Below, one piece after another: positions 56,038 through 64,000 of a DNA stretch of 64,000 bases. Location: the NCBI GenBank assembly GCA_009694375.1, contig SHVB01000004.1, forward strand, positions 97,296 through 161,295. Direction: 5' to 3'. The notes beneath the pieces are model-generated. The model saw only the letters and a program-made list of their open reading frames with translations. It was not told the origin of the DNA and searched no databases. A program made the position numbers and the translations under genes. Source of the DNA: Acidimicrobiia bacterium (lineage in GTDB: Bacteria > Actinomycetota > Acidimicrobiia > Acidimicrobiales > VFJN01). Every line of letters starts with the position of its first letter. Position 1 is the first letter of the stretch.

Positions 56038-58524
56038 CTAACGGAGCAACTGACGGATGCGTCGCGCGTACTCCCCCGCCAGGGCATTCGCGTCGGATTC
56101 GGTATCGGCTTCGGCCCAGACATGAGTCAGCGGTTCCTCCGGGTCGGGTAGAGCGAGCGCCCAACCCTGGTCGTGTCGCACCTTTACGCCATCGATGAGT
56201 TGCACCTCACGGTCTTTGCTCATCTCCACCAGAGACCGCATCACCATCCCTTTCTGGTCCCAGGGGGTAACGACCGCCTCGTGGGCGAGGTGAGGCTGGG
56301 GAAGGCTCGCCACGATGGTCGAAAGGCGCCTACCACTTCGGGCCAGCAACTCGAGCACCTTCACCAGGCTGGCGGCCGCGTCGAAGGCGGGGAGGAAGTC
56401 CGGGACGATGAAGCCACCGTCGGTACTGGCGGCGAAGCCAACCCCCGACTCGGCTGCGGCTTGCATCAAGGCGGGGGTGGAAACCTTGGTGCGTCGCACC
56501 GCCACGCCGTGGGATGCCGCGATGGCTTCGGCATGGCGGGTTACGGTGACCGGCAGGGCGATGATCTCCCCCGCCAGGTGACCGCTCACCAGGGTGAGCA
56601 ACGCCAGCAGCGCTTGCTCATGGGTGAGTACCCGGCCGGAATCATCGATCAAGGTGAGATGTTCGCCATCGGGGTCCAGCACGGCACCGAGATGGGCGCC
56701 GGAGGCCCGTACCACGGCGGCCACTTCCTGCGCATGGACGTGTCGGTCGAAATTCACAGCCCCGAGAGTGGATGCGTAGGGGTTCACCCCGAGGATGTCG
56801 GCCCCCAGTTTGGCCAGCATGTTGGGCATCACGAAGGAGGTAGAGCCGTAGGCGTAATCCACCACTATCTTGAACCTCGCGTCCCGGATGGCGCTGATAT
56901 CCACGGTGGCTTCCAGGGCGGCGGTGTATTGCTCCAGGGAACGGGGCGGAAACCCGATGTCGCCGATCTCGGTGGGAAACACCCGGCGGAAGTCCTCCCG
57001 ACCGAAGAGACGCTCCACTTTGCGTTGCTGGTCTTCCGAGAGGTCGGCGCCGTTGGCATCAAAGAAACGGATCACACAGGATTGGGGATCGCCCTCCACG
57101 AGGCGGATCGATAGGCCACCGGCGTGTTCCGGCCGGCGCACGATGAAGCGGGTGACCGGTACCGACGCCACCTCCAGGTCGAGCACGTTGACCCCCGCCG
57201 CGTTGACGCCAGCCATCATGGCGCGCTTGAGCATGCGGGCGGTGCGGCTGGAATCGCGTGATGTGACGATGGTGGCGTGCTTCTTTAGGGAGGTGGCGTA
57301 GGCCATAGCGGCACGGGTGGCCAACTCGGGGGTGATGTCGACGTTGGCGAGGCCGGCTACCCCCACTCGACCGAAGAGCGACCGCGACCCGCGCGACTCC
57401 CACACAATCGAGGAATTGATAACGGCCCCTTGTTCAACTGTTTTAAAGGGGTACACCTTCACTCCGGATCCGAGTACGGCATGTTCCCCTACGAAGCATT
57501 CGTCGCCGAGTACCACACCCTCCTCGGCCCGCACGCCGCCCCGCAGATCACAGGAACGGCCGATGATCGCACCGCGCAGCCGCACCCCCTCCCCTAGGTA
57601 GGAGTTGTCGTGCACGATCGCCCGCTCGAGGTCGGTGTTGGCCCGCACCCGCACGTTGGTGCCCAGCACGGTGTAGGGACCGAGGCGCACACCTGCTTCG
57701 ATGCGGCAGTTCTCCCCGATGACGGCGGGTCCTACCACGGTTGCTTGGGGGTGGATCTCGGCTCCTTCGCCCACATGGACGCCGTCGCCCATCTTGAAAC
57801 CGGGGATGTTCACCGCTACGTGACCGTCGAGGATGTCCTTGTGGGCGGAGAGGTAACTCTCCAAGGTGCCGACGTCTTCCCAATAGCCCTCGCCGATGGC
57901 GCCATAGAGGGGGCGGCCATCGGCGAGGAGGGCCGGGAATACCTCCGAGGAGAAGTCCACCGGGCGGTCCGCATCGATGTAATCGAAGATCCCGGGCTCG
58001 AGTACAAAAATGCCGGTATTGATGGTGTCACTGAACACCTGCCCCCACGACGGCTTTTCGAGAAATTGCTCGATGGATCCGTCAGGTCGCGTGATGACGA
58101 TGCCAAATTCGAGCGGGTTCGTGACGCGTGCGAGGCCAATGGTGGCGAAAGCATTGGTGCGCTCGTGTTCCGCCACCATCGTCGACAGATCAATATCGGT
58201 GAGCACGTCGCCGGAGATCACCAAAAACCGCTCGGTCAACTGATCCATGGCATTGCGGACCGACCCGGCCGTACCCAAGGGCGTGTCCTCGGTGGCGTAG
58301 ACCATCTTCACTCCGAAGTCGGAGCCGTCACCGAAGTAGGTGCGGATGTGGTTGGCCATGAAGGCCACCGTTACCACGATCTCGTCGAAACCGTGCCGTT
58401 GGAGAAGGGTCACGACGTGTTCCATCATCGGGGCATTGACCAGCGAGATCATGGGTTTGGGGGCGTTGGAGGTGAGGGGACGCAGTCGGGTTCCCTCCCC
58501 CCCCGCCATGATCACGGCCTTCAT
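56038..58524 (-). CDS. sugar-1-phosphate nucleotidyltransferase - left-handed beta-helix - phosphohexomutase-like fusion protein
   Basis: ATG 58524 (MKAVIMAGGEGTRLRPLT) is the NTP-transferase G-loop. Hexapeptide repeats follow. The C-terminal PGM/PMM-like four-domain region has a degenerate active-site loop. Confidence 0.85.
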   Translation of the reverse strand: MKAVIMAGGEGTRLRPLTSNAPKPMISLVNAPMMEHVVTLLQRHGFDEIVVTVAFMANHIRTYFGDGSDFGVKMVYATEDTPLGTAGSVRNAMDQLTERFLVISGDVLTDIDLSTMVAEHERTNAFATIGLARVTNPLEFGIVITRPDGSIEQFLEKPSWGQVFSDTINTGIFVLEPGIFDYIDADRPVDFSSEVFPALLADGRPLYGAIGEGYWEDVGTLESYLSAHKDILDGHVAVNIPGFKMGDGVHVGEGAEIHPQATVVGPAVIGENCRIEAGVRLGPYTVLGTNVRVRANTDLERAIVHDNSYLGEGVRLRGAIIGRSCDLRGGVRAEEGVVLGDECFVGEHAVLGSGVKVYPFKTVEQGAVINSSIVWESRGSRSLFGRVGVAGLANVDITPELATRAAMAYATSLKKHATIVTSRDSSRTARMLKRAMMAGVNAAGVNVLDLEVASVPVTRFIVRRPEHAGGLSIRLVEGDPQSCVIRFFDANGADLSEDQQRKVERLFGREDFRRVFPTEIGDIGFPPRSLEQYTAALEATVDISAIRDARFKIVVDYAYGSTSFVMPNMLAKLGADILGVNPYASTLGAVNFDRHVHAQEVAAVVRASGAHLGAVLDPDGEHLTLIDDSGRVLTHEQALLALLTLVSGHLAGEIIALPVTVTRHAEAIAASHGVAVRRTKVSTPALMQAAAESGVGFAASTDGGFIVPDFLPAFDAAASLVKVLELLARSGRRLSTIVASLPQPHLAHEAVVTPWDQKGMVMRSLVEMSKDREVQLIDGVKVRHDQGWALALPDPEEPLTHVWAEADTESDANALAGEYARRIRQLLR

Positions 58525-59153
58525 GAGGGCGAGGATACCTGGGGTGTTGAGGGGACCGATCGCCCCTCTCGCAGAGCTCGACGCGCCAGGGGCACGTACA
58601 ACGCAGCGGCCAACCAGGACAGGCCGAGGCCGGGAAGGCCGATGAGCCAGGCCGCCGTGGTGGCCTGGGCGGCCCATTGGACCGAACTGGCCCCGGCGAG
58701 AAAGAGGGGAAAGGCGACCATGAGGCAGAGGGTGCCGGCCTTTCCGAACCAGGTCACGTCGATGCGGGTGGCACCGAGGGCCGCCAGGGTGATGGTGGCC
58801 ACCGCTACGAGTACCTCGCGCACCAATACGGCAGTGGCAAACCACCCGGCCACGCTTCCGTCGATCCAGATGGCGGTTACCCCCACGAAGAAAAGAACGC
58901 GGTCGGCCACCGGATCGAGCACTTTTCCCAGGTTGGAGATCTGGTGAAACCGACGGGCGATGTACCCGTCGAGAAAGTCGGTGGCTCCCAGTGTGAGCAG
59001 AAGGAGCGCGGCGCCTAGCCGGTTCTCTTGGTCGAAGAGGAGCCACCAGAAGACGGGTAGCAGACACAGGCGCACCCCGGTGATCACGTTGGGAAGGGTG
59101 AAGATCCGATCGCCGCCGTCGGCGCTGGGGGTGGTGGCCTGCTCGTGGCGCAT
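58521..59153 (-). CDS. CDP-alcohol phosphatidyltransferase (PgsA2/cardiolipin-synthase-like)
   Basis: Motif DFLDGYIARR..G..LDPVADR. Multi-TM. Its stop overlaps the downstream start (ATGA). Confidence 0.88.
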   Translation of the reverse strand: MRHEQATTPSADGGDRIFTLPNVITGVRLCLLPVFWWLLFDQENRLGAALLLLTLGATDFLDGYIARRFHQISNLGKVLDPVADRVLFFVGVTAIWIDGSVAGWFATAVLVREVLVAVATITLAALGATRIDVTWFGKAGTLCLMVAFPLFLAGASSVQWAAQATTAAWLIGLPGLGLSWLAAALYVPLARRALREGRSVPSTPQVSSPS

Positions 59154-59167
59154 TCCCCCACCCTAGG

Positions 59168-59980
59168 ATGCCCACCATGGTGAACGGCGCTGCACTGAAG
59201 GGCCAGGTTGCTTTGGTGACCGGGGCGGGGTCGGGGTTGGGGGCGGCCATCGCCCACGACCTAGCCCAGCAAGGAGCCCACGTCGTGGTCAATGACGTGC
59301 GGGCCGACGCGGCGGCGGCGGTGGCCAAGGAATTGGCGAGTGAGGTGGCCGTGTTCGATGTGTCCGATTCGGCGGCCTTCGACGCCGCGGTAGACAACAC
59401 GGTGTCTCAGCACGGCCGCCTGGATGTGTTGGTCAATAACGCTGGCATCGTGGTGGATCGCCCGGAGGTGATCGAACGGCTCATCGCCGCGGAGGTGGCG
59501 GCGATGAATGGTGAAGAGGTACCGCCGGTACGGGTCTTGTCCAGTCTCACCGACGAGCAGTTCGACCGAATGTTGAAGACCCACGTGTATGGCACCTTCT
59601 ACGGAATGCGAGCCGCATTGCGCCACATGGAGGAGGCACGCGCTGGGGCGATCGTGAATCTGTGCAGCGTGTACGCCTATCGCGGATCGGTGGCGGGCCC
59701 GGAGTACGCGGCCGCCAAGCACGCCATCGCGGGAATGACCAAATCGGTGGGGGCGGAGGTGGCGTCACTGGGTATACGCGTGAACGCAGTGGCACCCGGC
59801 TTCATCGACACCCCCTTCTTAGACCCGTTGGTCGATGCGAGACCCTTCCTGCTGGCTCGTATCCCGGCGGGACGCTTTGGTCGGGCTGAGGAAATAGCCA
59901 AGGTGGTCCGGTATCTCGTTTGTGACGCCACCTACTCCTTCGGTGAGGTCGTTCCGGCGAGTGGCGGGTGGCTCGCGTGA
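59168..59980 (+). CDS. short-chain dehydrogenase/reductase
   Basis: TGAGSGLG, NNAG, and YAAAK (YxxxK). Confidence 0.9.
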   Translation: MPTMVNGAALKGQVALVTGAGSGLGAAIAHDLAQQGAHVVVNDVRADAAAAVAKELASEVAVFDVSDSAAFDAAVDNTVSQHGRLDVLVNNAGIVVDRPEVIERLIAAEVAAMNGEEVPPVRVLSSLTDEQFDRMLKTHVYGTFYGMRAALRHMEEARAGAIVNLCSVYAYRGSVAGPEYAAAKHAIAGMTKSVGAEVASLGIRVNAVAPGFIDTPFLDPLVDARPFLLARIPAGRFGRAEEIAKVVRYLVCDATYSFGEVVPASGGWLA

Positions 59981-60405
59981 GCACCATTTTCACCAGAGTC
60001 ATCGACGGCGAGATCCCGGGTCGGTTCGTTTGGCGTGATGAGACAACGGTGGCGTTTTTGCCGGTTGCCCTCCTCGCCCCGGGCCACACGCTGGTGGTAC
60101 CGATCGCCCCCGTGGACCATTGGATCGACCTCGCTCCTGAAGCGAACGCTCACCTGTGGCGGGTAGCCCAGACGATCAGTCGCGCTCTCGACAAGATCTA
60201 CCGGCCGCTAAAAGTTGGAGTGCTGGTGGTGGGTGAAGAAGTGCCCCATACCCATGTGCATCTCGTTCCCTTCACCGACCTAGCCCAGATGAGCTTCGCC
60301 AACGTGGACTCGAGCCCTGCAGCCGAGGTCCTCGATCGGCAAGCCGAGGCATTACGAGTGGGACTGCGGGCGGCGGGCCACGGTGAATTCGTTCCGAGCC
60401 CTTGA
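59968..60405 (+). CDS. HIT-family (histidine triad) protein
   Basis: Histidine triad HTHVHLVPF. Start is GTG 59968 or GTG 59977, the latter overlapping the SDR stop. Confidence 0.88.
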   Translation: MARVSTIFTRVIDGEIPGRFVWRDETTVAFLPVALLAPGHTLVVPIAPVDHWIDLAPEANAHLWRVAQTISRALDKIYRPLKVGVLVVGEEVPHTHVHLVPFTDLAQMSFANVDSSPAAEVLDRQAEALRVGLRAAGHGEFVPSP

Positions 60406-60407
60406 GC

Positions 60408-61109
60408 TCACTGCACTTCCTCGGTCACCGGCGCAATCAACGACGGACCATCGTGGCGGGCGTTGTTTACCTCGGGGGACACGGCGTGGATGGCGATGAC
60501 CTCGGGAGCGGCCGGTACGAGGAGGTCGCCAAGCACTTCGAGGTCTGTGTTTTCCCGGTTCAGCCACTCATCCCAGGCTGACGGCGGCAGGATCACTGGC
60601 ATGCGGGCATGGATCCGGCCCATCGGGGCGTTGGGCGTGGTGGTGATGATCACACAACTCTGTGGAGGGCTTCCCTCCGCACCAGCACTGTCCTGAAGGT
60701 CCCACAGTCCGGCGAAGGCGTAGGAGTCGCCGGCGGGGTGATGAATGAAGAACGGCTGCTTCCGACCCCGCTTCGGATCGACCGGGTTGATTCGCCACTC
60801 ATAGAAACCATCGGCGGGGATGAGGCAACGACGTGACGCCAAGGATGCTCTGAAACTCGGCTTTTCGGCCAACGTCTCCGCCCGCGCGTTGATCAGGAGG
60901 GGCGGGGTTTTCCCCGCCTTCCCCCAGCGCGGGGTCAAGCCCCACCGGAAGACCTCGATTCGCGGTGCCCCGTCCTGGGACACGACGGCGTACACATCCT
61001 GGGTGGGTGCAACATTGTAGGAGAGGGGTAGGTGCGCGACGGGCGCGGTGGCCAAGAAGGAGGCCGCGATCTGTTCTGGCGGGGTGGCGGAGACATACCG
61101 GCCGCACAT
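60408..61109 (-). CDS. SOS-response-associated peptidase (SRAP/YedK family)
   Basis: ATG 61109 gives the invariant N-terminus MCGRY. 233 aa. Confidence 0.88.
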   Translation of the reverse strand: MCGRYVSATPPEQIAASFLATAPVAHLPLSYNVAPTQDVYAVVSQDGAPRIEVFRWGLTPRWGKAGKTPPLLINARAETLAEKPSFRASLASRRCLIPADGFYEWRINPVDPKRGRKQPFFIHHPAGDSYAFAGLWDLQDSAGAEGSPPQSCVIITTTPNAPMGRIHARMPVILPPSAWDEWLNRENTDLEVLGDLLVPAAPEVIAIHAVSPEVNNARHDGPSLIAPVTEEVQ

Positions 61110-61163
61110 CGCTCGAAATCTACCCCCCAAAGCGGCCATTCTCTAGGGGCGCGGTGGCACCGG

Positions 61164-61964
61164 TCAGCTGTGGGGTCGGTAGTCGGTTACGGGTTCCGTC
61201 GACCGCAGGCGATGGTAGGCATCGGCGGGTGCTTCGCCGGGGGCGAGGGTGACAGCCCGAACGATGGTGGCACTGGGGATGAGGGCGTGGTCGCTGAGCC
61301 GGGCCAGGAGCGACGTAATGCCGTCACCGCCCCCGGCGGGCAAGAAGACTCGTACGGCAGTGCTTGATGCGAGAAGTCGGTCGGTGTCTCGCATCTTGCG
61401 TTCGACAGCCATGGCGAGGGCGGTGGCCTGGGCCGTCCGGTCGGATTGGTCGGATAGCTCCAAGGAGAGAACGGCATCCCCGGTGACCGCCGCGTTCAGG
61501 GCGTCATAGAACGAATGCGAATCCCCCACGTTGGTGGGTTTGGAACCCCACGCTATGCGGGTGGGACGTTTGCGCCGCTCCCGGTTAGTGGTCCGCATCT
61601 CGGCGCGTCGGTCAAGGCTCGTGATGGCGTTCTCGAGGGCGGTGATGTCGGGCTTGAAGATGACCAGTGGGCTCACCGAGTAGCGGGCGAGCAGGCTGGA
61701 GTCGGCCTGTTGGGAGAAGACGATCGGCGTGACGCCCGCAGCAATGGCCGTAGCGATGATGTCGAAGTCGCTGTTGAAGTCGGAGGCGAAGTCCATGATC
61801 ACTCCGGTGGGGTGGAGGGCGTTGATGGCACTCACGGCGGTGCCGGCGGTATGGGTGACGACGAGGACCTCGTGGCCTAGGTCGTTCAATAGGCGCTCAA
61901 TAATTTTCGTGTACAGCCGATCGGCATCGCATATCACCCAAGTCCTGTCGGTGAATGTTGCCAA
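61164..61964 (-). CDS. response-regulator receiver protein with uncharacterised C-terminal domain
   Basis: TTG start with AGGAGG 6 nt upstream. REC landmarks VICDAD, VIMDFAS, PIVFS, IFKP. The C-terminal ~130 aa are unassigned (possibly a degenerate GGDEF-like fold). Confidence 0.65.
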   Translation of the reverse strand: MATFTDRTWVICDADRLYTKIIERLLNDLGHEVLVVTHTAGTAVSAINALHPTGVIMDFASDFNSDFDIIATAIAAGVTPIVFSQQADSSLLARYSVSPLVIFKPDITALENAITSLDRRAEMRTTNRERRKRPTRIAWGSKPTNVGDSHSFYDALNAAVTGDAVLSLELSDQSDRTAQATALAMAVERKMRDTDRLLASSTAVRVFLPAGGGDGITSLLARLSDHALIPSATIVRAVTLAPGEAPADAYHRLRSTEPVTDYRPHS

Positions 61965-61974
61965 CGGTTTCCTC

Positions 61975-62400
61975 CTAGTGCGCCACGTCGGGGCGGGGCT
62001 CGGGGGTCCAGCGCCAGGTCTCGGCGATGTGGCCGTGTTCGCCGGCCAACACGCGTCTCAGGGCCTCGCGGAGTTGGTGGTCGATCTCTAGAAAATGGAG
62101 CCCGTAGCACCAGGTGCCCGGTTGCCCAGCCGTTACGTGGCGCACTTCGGCAGTTCCGTGGCCACCGCCGATGGAGATACCTACCCGCGCTCCAATGGGG
62201 AGGACCTGGGGATCGTCTACGTTGACCTTGGCTCCACTGTGGGAGAGGTTCACGACCTCAGCCGTAATTTCGGCATCGGGAGAGGCAGGACTGATGGTGC
62301 GAGCCCCTCGGCCCGGGGGACGCCACCCGAGGGTGATGCGGGCCACGGCCACGCGTGGCCCGGCGCGACGTTCCCGCTCGGAGGCCTCGTTTATCCCCAT
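61975..62400 (-). CDS. PilZ-domain protein
   Basis: Both c-di-GMP-binding motifs are present: RRAGPR (RRxxxR) and NLSHSG ([D/N]xSxxG). Confidence 0.75.
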   Translation of the reverse strand: MGINEASERERRAGPRVAVARITLGWRPPGRGARTISPASPDAEITAEVVNLSHSGAKVNVDDPQVLPIGARVGISIGGGHGTAEVRHVTAGQPGTWCYGLHFLEIDHQLREALRRVLAGEHGHIAETWRWTPEPRPDVAH

Positions 62401-62541
62401 GGTCCATCATCGTCGCCGACGACGCTCCTCCCCACGGCTGACCTCCTAGACGAACTGAATTTCCGAGGGTACACAACAACCTTCTTGCCCCGGGTGTACC
62501 TGCCCCGGGGCGGGGCCTGCACCACGACTACGGTGAATCCT

Positions 62542-64000
62542 ATGGCTTTACCTCGCCGCATTAGTCGATCCTTCGAGCCCGATGATACTCACACGGTGAC
62601 GTTGCCTGACGGACAGCGCGCCCATGCCGACCACGTGGCGCAGTCGCGGGTGCTTGAGCGCAGTTTTTATGAGGTGCGTCCCGGCGTCTGGTGTTTGGTG
62701 GGCAATGGCCTGTCGAACCAGACCTTCATCGAGGCGCCCGAGGGCATCATCGCCATCGATACGGGTGAATCGGTACAGGAGATGCAGGAGGCACTGCGCG
62801 AATTGCGGGCCCGCACCGGCCAACCGGTGGTGGCTGTTCTCTACACCCATTTTCATTACGTCAATGGGACCCAGGCGATCCTGGAAGCGAGCGAGGCTGA
62901 GTCGGTCCCGATCTATGGTCACGAACGTATCCCCACGAATCGCTCACGGGCGGGAGCGGAGATAGCGCCCACCTATGGCCGGGGGCTCGTGGAGCAGTTC
63001 GCTGTGCTTCTCCCCCCCGATGGGCCTGACGGAGTGGTGAACGTAGGGTTGGGCCACTTTTACCGCAACCCCGCTCACGCACCGTTTAGCCCGGGGTATC
63101 TCCCGCCCACCCACGGCTTCTCGACAGCCCACACCATCATGGTGGCGGGTATGGAAGTGGAGGTTACCCCCGCTCCGTCGGATGCGGATGACTCGGTGAC
63201 GTACTGGTTCCCATCCATCGGGGTGGCCGTCAACAACCTGGTGTGGCCCACCTTGTTCAATGTGTTTGCGATTCGCGGCGAGGAATACCGGGATCCTCAG
63301 GTGATGCTGGCGGGGCTGGACCACCTGCTGTCTCTCGGCGCTTCCTACTTGGTGGGCACTCACGGGCCGCCGATCAGTGGTGCCGAGACCATTTTGGCGC
63401 GCGTCACCCGCTATCGCGACTCCATACAATTCCTCTGGGATCAGACCGTTCGGCTCACCAATAAAGGTCTCACTAGCACCGAGTTGGCTCAGGCGATCCG
63501 ACTGCCTGACGGGTACGACGAGGACCATCTCACCAGCGAGCGTTACGGCGTGGCCGAACATCACGTGCGCCAGATTCGTACCGGATTATTCGGCTTCTTT
63601 GATGGCGACGAGGCGAATCTGTTTCCGCTGGCCACGGCCGAGCGAGCCGGCCGGCTTATCGAAGGGTTCGGAGGTCGCGACGAGGTGCGGCGCCAGGTGG
63701 AGCAGGCCCTGGCGGCCAATGACCTGCGATGGGCACTTGAGCTGGGGTCGTGGCTGGTGCGTAGCGAGGCGGCCGAACTGCCCGATCAACTCCTCCTCGC
63801 CGAGGCGTTGCGACGGGTGGGTCAGCGTTCCTCGGCGGCCAACATCCGAAGCTGGTGTCTTACCCGGGCGCGGCGCCTCGAGGGCACCGTGAACATGGAT
63901 CGCCTCTACACCCATCGTTTCCGGCGAGCGCAGACCCTCGCGGGACCCATTGCCGCATCGGTGCATGCCCTGCGGGTGGTATTGGATCCCCTAGCCGCCG
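62542..64000 (+). CDS. alkyl/aryl-sulfatase-like metallo-beta-lactamase-fold protein, 3'-truncated by window edge
   Basis: Not in the ORF track because it has no stop in the window. ATG 62542, open frame to 64000 checked codon by codon from 62881. Family-typical segments FNVFAIRGEEYRDP and RYGVAEHHVRQIRTGLFGFFDGDEANLFPL. Confidence 0.75.
   Translation, partial: MALPRRISRSFEPDDTHTVTLPDGQRAHADHVAQSRVLERSFYEVRPGVWCLVGNGLSNQTFIEAPEGIIAIDTGESVQEMQEALRELRARTGQPVVAVLYTHFHYVNGTQAILEASEAESVPIYGHERIPTNRSRAGAEIAPTYGRGLVEQFAVLLPPDGPDGVVNVGLGHFYRNPAHAPFSPGYLPPTHGFSTAHTIMVAGMEVEVTPAPSDADDSVTYWFPSIGVAVNNLVWPTLFNVFAIRGEEYRDPQVMLAGLDHLLSLGASYLVGTHGPPISGAETILARVTRYRDSIQFLWDQTVRLTNKGLTSTELAQAIRLPDGYDEDHLTSERYGVAEHHVRQIRTGLFGFFDGDEANLFPLATAERAGRLIEGFGGRDEVRRQVEQALAANDLRWALELGSWLVRSEAAELPDQLLLAEALRRVGQRSSAANIRSWCLTRARRLEGTVNMDRLYTHRFRRAQTLAGPIAASVHALRVVLDPLAA

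Noticed and set aside
57610-58947. 445-aa plus-strand ORF
   Set aside because: Antisense to the nucleotidyltransferase fusion and the phosphatidyltransferase genes. No motifs.
58525-59400. N-terminal 292 codons of the 1120-aa track ORF 56038-59400
   Set aside because: This stretch overlaps, out of frame, a clear CDP-alcohol phosphatidyltransferase gene and is Arg/Pro/Ser-rich. The nucleotidyltransferase G-loop begins at internal ATG 58524, which overlaps the upstream stop (ATGA).
60408-61109. SRAP peptidase as a marker of a mobile or SOS-island element
   Set aside because: No integrase, recombinase, tRNA or flanking direct repeats were seen. SRAP/YedK genes are common chromosomal genes.
62487-62511. 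Perfect 8-bp-stem hairpin (GCCCCGGG-N9-CCCGGGGC) read at first as a terminator
   Set aside because: It lies between divergently transcribed genes, so no transcript ends there, and no U-tract follows. At most it is a 5'-leader structure. It is noted under the sulfatase-like finding.

Overview
High-GC, gene-dense actinobacterial-type chromosomal segment, read by eye with no database search. I support about 70 protein genes and one riboswitch. I saw no rRNA, tRNA, CRISPR array, transposase, integrase or prophage genes. (1) 1-6.3 kb holds a WYL regulator, lepB, tatA-tatC and helY, which matches the mycobacterial pafBC-tatAC-helY order. (2) 6.3-17 kb holds mixed housekeeping and accessory genes: an MDR oxidoreductase, an M20 hydrolase, a long two-domain ThyX-family protein next to a DUF4193 protein, GNAT, NUDIX, a crotonase, a repeat-rich unknown protein, Rrf2 and serine hydrolases. 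(3) 17.9-44.6 kb is a lipid/steroid-type catabolic island. It carries four KstR-type operator palindromes and a kstR-like TetR gene. Its genes include an Mcr-like racemase, three acyl-CoA dehydrogenases, a Liv-type ABC importer, ALDH, two acyl-CoA ligases, WS/DGAT, a lipase and a Zn-ADH. It also has two DUF35 genes with two Cys-less thiolase-like genes, a FabG3-like SDR, a KshA-like Rieske oxygenase coupled to an atypical amidohydrolase, and an F420/LLM oxidoreductase. (4) 45-59 kb is the glycine-cleavage neighbourhood: gcvP behind a glycine riboswitch, then gcvT, MerR, a bifunctional nuclease, MerR, an FHA/GarA-like protein, gcvH, a nucleotidyltransferase-PMM-like fusion and a CDP-alcohol phosphatidyltransferase. 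This is syntenic with mycobacterial Rv1822-Rv1832 but interrupted by accessory insertions. (5) 59-64 kb holds an SDR, HIT, an SRAP peptidase, a PilZ plus receiver-domain pair, and a 3'-truncated alkylsulfatase-like gene. The best candidates for undescribed biology are the split DUF35/Cys-less thiolase module inside the KstR-type regulon, the Rieske-amidohydrolase pair, the PilZ/REC pair and the degenerate PMM fusion. None is proven from sequence alone. Many long antisense ORFs in the track are GC-driven artefacts and were rejected.
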